A DNA stretch of 23,247 bases from Planctomycetota bacterium (GTDB lineage Bacteria > Planctomycetota > B15-G4 > JADJEK01). The notes beneath the pieces were generated by a model. It did not search any database, was not told the origin of the DNA, and saw nothing but the letters and a program-made list of their open reading frames with translations. The number at the start of each line of letters is the position of its first letter. The stretch's first letter is position 1. The position numbers and the translations under genes were made by a program. This document shows positions 1-7,611 of this stretch, in pieces. The stretch is from contig JBGAIQ010000077.1 in NCBI GenBank assembly GCA_044225365.1, positions 1-23,247 on the forward strand, read 5' to 3'.

Positions 1-494
1 CCGACCTGGGGCACGTTGGTGGTCGAGGATGTCGGGTAGTTCCGCTTGAATGCGCTCATGAGCGCGAGATTGGAGGCGCCCCCGTGTGGCTTTCCGAGTT
101 GGATGCCGAGGTAGCCCATTTCGTAGTCCGGACCAGGCGGTGCCGAGGGCAACAATTTGTTGGGCAAGCCGATACCCGAATACAACGGGTTGAGCCCTTA
201 GTTGATAAAGGCGTAGCACGCCCCAAGCTTTGAATAGCGATTACCACCAATCATCAGGCTCTCGTCGATCGCCGCGATCACGAGGTCGTCCAGCGGACCG
301 GTTGGCGTCCCCTCCACGTCACCGGTCGTGAACGCATATCCAAACCGGGCGTCCAATCCATTCGACAGATCGGGATGCGGAATCGTTCGATCCAGAATTG
401 GCGTCACGGGAATCTGGCCGCTCGCTCATTCGGAAGGCGCGCAAACCAACATTGGCATCACGGGAATCATCATCGTGAAAACACGTGTACGCAT
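1..494 (-). pseudogene. Interrupted gene for a secreted FG-GAP/integrin-alpha-repeat-like protein; 3' part runs off the window
   Basis: ATG at 494 follows a GGAGGAG RBS. One frame reads MRTRVFTMMIPVMPMLVCAPSE*ASGQIP...RFGYAFTTGDVEG...DDLVIAA...GACYAFIN*GLNP... to position 1. In-frame stops are TGA (428-426) and TAA (200-198). FG(Y)...GD...DDLVI...G resembles an FG-GAP repeat. Confidence 0.6.
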
Positions 495-573
495 GGACTC
501 TCCTCCGTCATTGTAATTCCGCCGAGGATGGTACCACGCGCGGGTCGAACCGGCGAGGGAGGGCCGTGAGGAC

Positions 574-614
574 GTGGAGTCGGTGACTTCGCCTCAGCAA
601 GTCACCGACCCCAC
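574..614. repeat. Intergenic inverted repeat (REP-like or terminator-like hairpin)
   Basis: GTGGaGTCGGTGACTT-N9-AAGTCACCGACcCCAC: 16-bp arms with one mismatch, downstream of the 683-1888 gene. Confidence 0.5.
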
Positions 615-682
615 AGTGGATGGAATTCCACGCTGAAGCGTGGAGCTCCTACGAGCGAATTCGGGCTGGCTCTGTGGTTTCG

Positions 683-1888
683 TCAGAGCTGCGGAATGGT
701 TCCCGTGACGAGGACGTTGTTCCCGGCATCGCGGATCTCGAAGGCGCGACCGCCGAGGAGCGAGAGCGAAGCGACGTTGAGCGGGAGCGACTGGCTCTTC
801 TTCGTCTCGACCTTGTACTTGCCGTTGCCGCCGCCGTTGAGCGCGATCGACGCGACCTGGGCCTGCGCCATTCCGTCGAAGATGAACAGGTTCACCGAGG
901 AGACGAGCTTCAGCTTCTTGACCTCGAGCTCGAACTTCTGGTTCGTGCCCTTGTTCTCGAGCTTGAGCTTGACGTTCGCGCCCGAACCGGAGAAGTGATC
1001 GTTCGCCTTCCCGTCGTCGGACGATGGGCTGCCCGACACCGAGGGGATCGTGCCCGCGAGGATCACGGCCGAACTCGCATCGCGCACTTCGACGGCGAAG
1101 CCGGCAAGCTGCTCGACATCCGTGGCACCGCTCGGAAGCGCATCGCCGTTCTCGGTCTCGATCTCGAGCTCGGCTTCATCGAGGGCTTGCGGGCTCATGG
1201 TTCCGGCATTCGCGAAGATCCCCGAACCAAGAGTGGTCTCGACCCAAACGCTGTACGCCACGGCGATGTCGATGTGATCGGCCTCGACCTTGAACTTCTG
1301 ATCGCCTTGGCCCTTGCTGCGGACCTCGACGTAGCCCGTTGCGTTCGGATCGGGAGAGGTCGGGGGACGCACGAGGAACGACTTCACCTTTTGCTGATTG
1401 CCGCCGCCGCCGCCACCGCCGCCACCACCACCGCCGCCACCACCACCGCCGCTGCCATCGAGCGAGGGCACGACACCCGAGAGATATGCGACGCTACCGA
1501 CCCTGACTTCGACGCCGCGACCGGCGAGGTCGTGGACATCCGCGACTGCGAACGGCAGCGGAGGACCATCCTTCGAGTCGAACTCGAGTTCGACCTGGTT
1601 GATGCCATTCGTCACGAGGGTGCCGACGTTCGTCAGCGTTCCAACTCCATCCTGGATGAAGCAAACGTAGGTCAGCGAGGTGTCGATGTGTTCGGCTTCG
1701 ATCGTGAGCTTGTGACGGTTCTTCGAGAGATCGATCTCGGCGCGAACGAAGCCCGAGGCGTCAGGGTCCGGTGCGCCGGGGGGCCGAGTCAGCGCGCTCT
1801 GGGCTTGGATCTGGTCGTTCGCGAACGTGGGGGAGGGAGCGGCGAGCACGAATGCGGTGGCGAGTGCGGTCAGGGTGATTCGAAACAT
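683..1888 (-). CDS. Secreted hypothetical protein with three tandem homologous ~115-aa beta-rich domains and a poly-Gly linker
   Basis: ATG 1888 with GGAG RBS; signal peptide MFRITLTALATAFVLAAPSPTFA. Repeats share (RPP..PDP.A.G.V)...K..E....LP......LAG..VEVR....L.G.(V/I)P. Confidence 0.85.
   Translation of the reverse strand: MFRITLTALATAFVLAAPSPTFANDQIQAQSALTRPPGAPDPDASGFVRAEIDLSKNRHKLTIEAEHIDTSLTYVCFIQDGVGTLTNVGTLVTNGINQVELEFDSKDGPPLPFAVADVHDLAGRGVEVRVGSVAYLSGVVPSLDGSGGGGGGGGGGGGGGGGGNQQKVKSFLVRPPTSPDPNATGYVEVRSKGQGDQKFKVEADHIDIAVAYSVWVETTLGSGIFANAGTMSPQALDEAELEIETENGDALPSGATDVEQLAGFAVEVRDASSAVILAGTIPSVSGSPSSDDGKANDHFSGSGANVKLKLENKGTNQKFELEVKKLKLVSSVNLFIFDGMAQAQVASIALNGGGNGKYKVETKKSQSLPLNVASLSLLGGRAFEIRDAGNNVLVTGTIPQL
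1400..1450 (-). repeat. GGC/GGT trinucleotide tract encoding Gly17
   Basis: 17 consecutive Gly codons between domains 1 and 2. Confidence 0.95.
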
Positions 1889-1961
1889 GGGTGAGACTCC
1901 AGGCGCGCGGAAACGGCCGCGCTCGTTTTGAGACGGAATGAGATGTGCGCTGCGACTCATC

Positions 1962-1976
1962 GCACGCCGCGTTCCA
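1962..1976 (-). promoter_or_regulatory. Putative sigma54 (-24/-12) promoter for the 683-1888 gene
   Basis: Minus strand TGGAACG-CGGC-GTGC versus consensus TGGCACG-N4-TTGC, with exact GG-N10-GC spacing. It lies 74 nt upstream of the start codon, next to a sigma54 activator gene. Confidence 0.65.
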
Positions 1977-2059
1977 TTCGCTTGGTGGTTGAAAAAAGTG
2001 CCAACCTGAAGCGACTTCGGTACGTCTCAGCGTCCGCAGCCTGTCGAATCCGACGATTC

Positions 2060-2077
2060 CGAGACGACAACGTCTCG
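2060..2077. promoter_or_regulatory. Putative enhancer (UAS) palindrome CGAGACG-N4-CGTCTCG
   Basis: Perfect 7-bp arms about 120 nt upstream of the predicted sigma54 +1. Extra half-sites at 1930-1935 and 2023-2028; an identical motif occurs at 7308-7325. Confidence 0.55.
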
Positions 2078-2115
2078 TTTCTGGAGCTAGTCTTCGTTCC
2101 TGACCCTCCCTTTCG

Positions 2116-5100
2116 ATGCACCTACCGACGACTCTCCGCGACCGCTTCGAGCTGATGAAGACCTTCCGCGAAGATGCGGACGGCCTGGTCGCCAAGGTGC
2201 GTGACCGGCGGGACGGGGCGCTCAAGACACTCAAGTGGATCGCCGGCGCGGACGCCTCGACCATCGCGACGAGCGCGGCCGAATTCGAACTCCTTCGCGG
2301 GATCCGCCATCCCAACCTGACGGCGGTGCTCGAATTCGATCGGATCGATGCCGGGTGTTTCGTGCTGCGCGACTTCGTCGAGGGCGAAACCCTCGCGGTC
2401 GCAGGCCCGAGCCTCTCCCCGGCGGATCGCCGCCGCATCTTCGCCTCCATCGTCACGGCGCTTGGCCATCTTCATGGTCGCGGACTTCTGCATGGCGATC
2501 TGAAGCCGGACAACATCCTGATCCGGCGCGAGGAGGCCGGCGCGGTCGCGGTGCTCACGGATTTTGGTTTCAGCGCGCGCATCGACGGCGGAACTTCGAT
2601 CGCACACGCGCACTCGGTCCGCGGCACACCGCCGTTCATCGCTCCTGAGCTCTTGCTCGGCTTTCCGCCTGACGCTCGCGCCGATCTGTTCGCGCTCGGC
2701 GTCACGTGGCTCGTCGCTTCGAGCTCGAACTCGGTCATCGACGAGCGAAAGCTCTACGAGAAGTTTCCGCGCGTCGACTTCCTGACGGCGACCGGGCTCG
2801 ACCCGTCTTCGAGCGATCCCGAGTTCGCAGCCATTCTGCGCGCCTTGCTCGCGACGGATCTCGAGGAGCGACCCAAAAGCGCGCTCGAGTTGCTCGATCG
2901 AATCGGAGAGGCGCGACCGCAGGATCCGCAGGCGTTCGCGCCCCTTCTCGAACCGACGCCCGCGTTCTTCCTCGACGAGGGCGCGACGTCGGAGCGCGCG
3001 ATCGTTCGAGCGGAGAGGACGCTGACGCGAGAAAGCGACGTTCAACGTCTCCTGCTCGTGGGCGCGAGTGAGTGGGACCTCCGCCACGCCGAGACCTGGC
3101 TGCGCTTCCAGGCGGCTCGCGTCGATCGCGGCGTGATCTCGATCCAAGAGCTCGAATCGTACGCTTCGCCCGATCCCGCCATCGTCGAGGGCGCCGCTGA
3201 CGACCGTATCCAGCGCACGGCGGGCGCCAAGGAAGGTCGCGACGCCGAGCGAGCGCGGGCTCTGCTCGCCGCGAATCCGAACGCGACGATCCTCGTTCCC
3301 TCGCATCTCTTGGCGTTGCGCGATGGCTCGTTCGTGGGTGCGCTGGCGCGAGCCGTGAAGCTCGGTTCCGGGGATGCGCGGCTCGTCGTCCTCGCAACCG
3401 AGCGGCTGATCGAGAACGCCGCGATCGCTCGTCTCGTCGCGCCCGAATTCGAGATCTCCGCGAGCTTGCCCGCCATTTCGACCGCGTCACTGGCGCGCGA
3501 TCTGCAGCGGCTCGAGATCGGCGGGTCGGAGGAGAGCGAGGCGCCCAAGGAGCGCCTCGTCGCGCTCGCCACGCGACTGCTCGAACTCGCGGGTCCGAAT
3601 GGCGACGACCTCTTCTCCCTCTTGCGGGAAGGACTCGTAGGCGGATCGATCGGCGTCACTCCGAGCGGACTCGATCTCTCGCGTTTCCAGCCGATCGCTC
3701 CAGCGAAGAATCTCGACGAAGTCCTCGCCGCCTGTTCGATCGACGAGCGAACCGTCCTGGCGAGCCTCGCTCTCCTCGGAGGCTTCGCGCGAATCGATGA
3801 ACTGTTCCAACTCGTTCCGACGAAGGGGAGCGACGCGATCGCATCGCTTCGAGCGCGCGGCGTGCTCCTTTCGACCCGCAGCGTCTTCCGCGCCCGGTCG
3901 AGCGCGTTGGCGTTCGCGGCAAGGAAAGCGCTTCCTCCCGACGAACTCGCCGCGCTCGCAGCGCGGGCCTCTCGACTCGATGAGTCGCTGCGTTCGCGCG
4001 ACGGCCTCACTCGCGCCCTGATCGCCGCACTGGCGGGCGACGCCGACCGCTGCGACGAGATCCTCGACCGCGGGATCGGGGGCGCGGTTCGCGACGCCAT
4101 GGACGGCGGAGATCGATCGATCCCGATCGAGGACGACCTCACTCATCTCGTGGCGGTCCTGCCGTCGCGAACGACCCTGCGCGCGAAGGCCGCCCTCATG
4201 CTGGCGCGAACGCTCAGCGACAACGGTCGTGTGTCGGCGGCGATCGCGACGCTCGAGCGGATCGCGGGCGAAGTTCCGCGCGACGCCGATGTCGCCTGCG
4301 CAGTGGTGACGCGCCTCGCGCTCCTGCTCCTCGCGAGCGGTCGCACGGTGGAATCGACGCACTGGATCGAACGCGCGCGTTCGATCTTGAAGGAGCGCGG
4401 CAGCAAGTCGTCGCGCGAGGTGAAGCGCGAGTTCGAGCGCGCGAGCGCCGTCGTGCGCGCCGCGAGCGGCGACGCCCAAGGCGCGATCCAACAACTCCAA
4501 CTCTGCCTGCGTGGCACGGGCGAAGATCTCGATTCCGGCGAGCGGTCGCTCATGGTCCTCCTCGGCGGACTCACGCTGCGCGCCGGGAAATACGCGGCGG
4601 CGCGGCGCACGCTCGAAACCGTTCTGACGTCCGCGAAGAATGCGAAGGACGAGGCGATCGCGGCGTCGGCAGCGACGAATCTCGCCACGCTCGAACAACG
4701 CGAGGGGTCGCTCGATCGCGCAGTCGAATTGCTGACCGAGGCGCTTTCGATCCGCGCAAAGCACGGAGATCTCTACGAAGAAGCAATCGTGCGCAACAAC
4801 CTCGCGCTCGCGCTTCGCGAGCAGGGGCAACTGGACGCTGCCCGCAAGCAACTCGCCGAGTCGCATGCGGTTCGCTTGCGAATGGGCGACGAGCGCGGTG
4901 CCGCGGAGGTCGAGCTCAACTCGTGCATGATCGAGGTGCTGAGCGGCGATTTCCAAAGAGCGACGAAACTCGTGAAGAGTGCTTTCGCGACGCTCCTTCG
5001 GATCCGCGAGCAGGGCGGCGGCGACATCGTTGCCGCGGAGAACGTCGCCGCTGCGCGCTGCTACGACCTCGCTCGCTACGGCGCCGCAACGCTCGTCGAC

Positions 5101-7305
5101 GACCTGATCGAGCGCTTCTCCGTCGTCGATCAGCCCTTCGATCCGAGGAAGTCCGATCCCGGACGGGCGGCGATGCAGCGAACGCTCGCCGAGCGAAGGG
5201 TGGCGTACGCCAGTCAGCTCGACGACCTTTCGACCGCGCTCTCCGCGCTGCGCGAAGCGCAGACGATGTACGAGCAATCCGGCGATCGATTCGGAGTCGC
5301 CCGTGCCTCGCTCGAGATCGCGCGGCGACTGCTCGAGGGCAGCGACATCGATGGCGCCCGATCCGAACTGGCGAAAGCGCGCAAACTCGCCTCGCCCCGC
5401 CTCGAGGCCGAACTGCGTCTCGTCGCTGGGTTGATCGGAATCGGCTCGGGCGCGACGGCCGAGGCGAACGGAGAGTTCGAACAGGCGCGCGATCTCGCGG
5501 GTCGAATGGGGCTCGCCGTCACGCTCAACGAGGCGATTGTCCGCGAGATCGTTCACTGCGAGGCCACCGACCCCGCGCGAGCCGAGGCGCGCCGCATCGA
5601 CCTGCGCACGGCGTTGCCGCTCCTCAAGCTCCCCGATCAGCACGACCTCGATGCGGTCTCGAAGCTCCGGCGGATCTACGGCAAGGCCGTTGCTCCCACG
5701 TTCCGCGTGGAAACCGAACACACCGCAATGACTCGCGAAGGTCGTGTCCTCACCGAGGGAATCCCGGAAGAGGTGTTCCGAACCTTCGTGATGATCAATC
5801 GCAGCGTGCTGCGCGAGAAGGACCTCGATCGCCTGCTCGAACGCCTGCTCGAACATGCGATCGCCCTCACCGGAGCGCGCCGCGGGTTCGTCGTCCTGCT
5901 GAAGGAGGGTCGAATCGCCTTCGAAGCGCGCTCGGGCGAGCTCGATGCGGAGAACGAGGAGATCAGCCGTGGGATCGTCTTCGAGGCGATCCAGCAGATG
6001 CGGCCCCTCGTCACCGCGAACGCCAAGTCCGACAGTCGTTTGACGGGCCGCAAGTCGATCGAGCGCTTCGATTTGCGTTCGGTGCTCTGTGTCCCGTTCA
6101 AGTGCTTCACGGGCGCCGACGGCGCGATCTACGTCGACAACCCCGTGCGCGAGGGTGTGTTCGGGACGCGGGCCGTCGACCTGCTCGAGGCGCTCGCGTC
6201 GCAGGCCGCGATCGCGATCGGCAACATCGAACGCAGCCGCGAGATCGAGCGCCTGAACGAGGAGCTGAAGAAGCGCGTCGCCTTCCAGGAGATCGAGCTC
6301 GATCAGGCGCGGCGTGAACTCGTGAAGTCGGGCGTCGCCGACGGCGCCCGTCGCATGATCGCACAGTCCGAACCGATGCGGCTCGTCGTCGATCTCGCGA
6401 GGCGCGTCGCGAAGAGCGACCTGCCCGTACTCGTGCTCGGTGAGAGCGGTACGGGCAAGGAGATGCTCGCCCGCTTCGTTCACGACGCGTCGGCTCGCTG
6501 CGCGCGCGCGTTCGTCGGAGAGAACTGCTCGGCGATCCCGGAGACGCTGCTCGAGAGCGAGTTCTTCGGGTGCGTGAAGGGCGCGTTCACCGGCGCCGAT
6601 CAGGACCGAGATGGTCTCTTCCAGAAGGCCGATGGCGGAACGCTGTTCCTCGACGAGATCGGCGACATGCCGCTCTCCTTGCAAACAAAACTATTGCGGG
6701 TGCTCCAGGAGAAGATGGTCCGCAAGGTCGGATCGAGCACCGCGACCCCCGTCGACGTCCGCCTCGTCTGCGCGACGCATCGCGACGTCGAACAGATGGT
6801 GAAGGACGGCAAGTTCCGCGAGGATCTCTACTACCGGATCCGCGGAGTCGTCCTGCGCCTGCCCCCGCTGCGCGAGCGCCGCGACGACATCCCGATCCTC
6901 GTCGAAGCCTTGCTCGAGCGTCTCCACGGTCGCAACGGGGTCGTGAAGCGCGCGTCCAAATCGTTGCTGAAGCGGCTCATGGCCCACGACTGGCCCGGCA
7001 ACGTCCGTGAACTCGAAAGCGAAGTCACGCGGCTGTACCACCTGTCCGGAGGCGATGAACTCGACGAGGCCGCGCTCGAATTGCGCCGCCGGGACGTGGC
7101 CGCCGATGGCGAGAGCAGTGTGGTCGCCGTTCGTCCGATGGACGAGATCGAGCGCGATGCGATCAAGCTCGCCCTTCGCGAGACCGCGGGAAATCGTGAA
7201 GAAGCAGCGCGCCGGCTCGGGATCTCACGGGCCGCGTTCTACGTCAAACTGAAGAATTACGGCCTTCAGGAGAGCTCGCCCTCCTCCCGACGCCGCAAGT
7301 CCTGA
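2116..7305 (+). CDS. Sigma54-dependent transcriptional activator (bEBP): Ser/Thr kinase, degenerate NTPase-like region, TPR repeats, GAF, AAA+ and Fis-type HTH
   Basis: Kinase motifs HGDLKPDN, DFG, GTPPFIAPE; TPR-like helices (NNLALALREQGQLDAA); GAF (LRSVLCVP...GAIYVDN); Walker A GESGTGKE, GAFTGA, Walker B LFLDEIG, WPGNVREL; HTH GNREEAARRLGISRAAFYVKL. Confidence 0.95.
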   Translation: MHLPTTLRDRFELMKTFREDADGLVAKVRDRRDGALKTLKWIAGADASTIATSAAEFELLRGIRHPNLTAVLEFDRIDAGCFVLRDFVEGETLAVAGPSLSPADRRRIFASIVTALGHLHGRGLLHGDLKPDNILIRREEAGAVAVLTDFGFSARIDGGTSIAHAHSVRGTPPFIAPELLLGFPPDARADLFALGVTWLVASSSNSVIDERKLYEKFPRVDFLTATGLDPSSSDPEFAAILRALLATDLEERPKSALELLDRIGEARPQDPQAFAPLLEPTPAFFLDEGATSERAIVRAERTLTRESDVQRLLLVGASEWDLRHAETWLRFQAARVDRGVISIQELESYASPDPAIVEGAADDRIQRTAGAKEGRDAERARALLAANPNATILVPSHLLALRDGSFVGALARAVKLGSGDARLVVLATERLIENAAIARLVAPEFEISASLPAISTASLARDLQRLEIGGSEESEAPKERLVALATRLLELAGPNGDDLFSLLREGLVGGSIGVTPSGLDLSRFQPIAPAKNLDEVLAACSIDERTVLASLALLGGFARIDELFQLVPTKGSDAIASLRARGVLLSTRSVFRARSSALAFAARKALPPDELAALAARASRLDESLRSRDGLTRALIAALAGDADRCDEILDRGIGGAVRDAMDGGDRSIPIEDDLTHLVAVLPSRTTLRAKAALMLARTLSDNGRVSAAIATLERIAGEVPRDADVACAVVTRLALLLLASGRTVESTHWIERARSILKERGSKSSREVKREFERASAVVRAASGDAQGAIQQLQLCLRGTGEDLDSGERSLMVLLGGLTLRAGKYAAARRTLETVLTSAKNAKDEAIAASAATNLATLEQREGSLDRAVELLTEALSIRAKHGDLYEEAIVRNNLALALREQGQLDAARKQLAESHAVRLRMGDERGAAEVELNSCMIEVLSGDFQRATKLVKSAFATLLRIREQGGGDIVAAENVAAARCYDLARYGAATLVDDLIERFSVVDQPFDPRKSDPGRAAMQRTLAERRVAYASQLDDLSTALSALREAQTMYEQSGDRFGVARASLEIARRLLEGSDIDGARSELAKARKLASPRLEAELRLVAGLIGIGSGATAEANGEFEQARDLAGRMGLAVTLNEAIVREIVHCEATDPARAEARRIDLRTALPLLKLPDQHDLDAVSKLRRIYGKAVAPTFRVETEHTAMTREGRVLTEGIPEEVFRTFVMINRSVLREKDLDRLLERLLEHAIALTGARRGFVVLLKEGRIAFEARSGELDAENEEISRGIVFEAIQQMRPLVTANAKSDSRLTGRKSIERFDLRSVLCVPFKCFTGADGAIYVDNPVREGVFGTRAVDLLEALASQAAIAIGNIERSREIERLNEELKKRVAFQEIELDQARRELVKSGVADGARRMIAQSEPMRLVVDLARRVAKSDLPVLVLGESGTGKEMLARFVHDASARCARAFVGENCSAIPETLLESEFFGCVKGAFTGADQDRDGLFQKADGGTLFLDEIGDMPLSLQTKLLRVLQEKMVRKVGSSTATPVDVRLVCATHRDVEQMVKDGKFREDLYYRIRGVVLRLPPLRERRDDIPILVEALLERLHGRNGVVKRASKSLLKRLMAHDWPGNVRELESEVTRLYHLSGGDELDEAALELRRRDVAADGESSVVAVRPMDEIERDAIKLALRETAGNREEAARRLGISRAAFYVKLKNYGLQESSPSSRRRKS

Positions 7306-7307
7306 AG

Positions 7308-7325
7308 CGAGACGGCTCCGTCTCG
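7308..7325. promoter_or_regulatory. Second CGAGACG-N4-CGTCTCG palindrome (putative activator binding site)
   Basis: Same arms and spacing as 2060-2077, 2 nt after the activator stop codon. Confidence 0.5.
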
Positions 7326-7407
7326 ATTCGAGAGTGCTTCGTCCATGAAAGTTCGCGCTCTCATTGATTCGGAGTCCGATAGTCCTTTCCAACCTCTCGT
7401 TCCCCTC

Positions 7408-7504
7408 TGGGAGCGCCGGGCTCCAGCCCGGCTCTTCGCTTGCGATGCGACACGCTGCTCCAACACATCTTCCGTCCGGAGCCGGGCTGGATCCCGGCGC
7501 TCCA
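7408..7504. repeat. REP doublet / REPIN-like element, copy 1
   Basis: 25-bp inverted arms GGAGCGCCGGGCTCCAGCCCGGCTC (7410-7434) and 7479-7503, one mismatch. Each arm is itself a hairpin. Homologous to the copies at 17701-18017. Confidence 0.85.
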
Positions 7505-7611
7505 AATGAGGAGCGGACCGACTCGAAGCCCGCCGCTCCACGACCTCGTACCCGTGACATTTCCGTGCAGATTCCGTCGCGGCCCCGGTCTTGCGTTAGG
7601 CTTCCCCTGCC

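Noticed and set aside
620-1894. 424-aa plus-strand ORF
   Set aside because: Antisense shadow of the 683-1888 gene; no motifs.
1988-2003. TGGCAC on the minus strand as a sigma54 promoter
   Set aside because: Perfect -24 box but no GC at -12; the 1962-1976 site has both elements.
3487-6684. 1065-aa minus-strand ORF
   Set aside because: Antisense shadow of the activator caused by high-GC codon bias.
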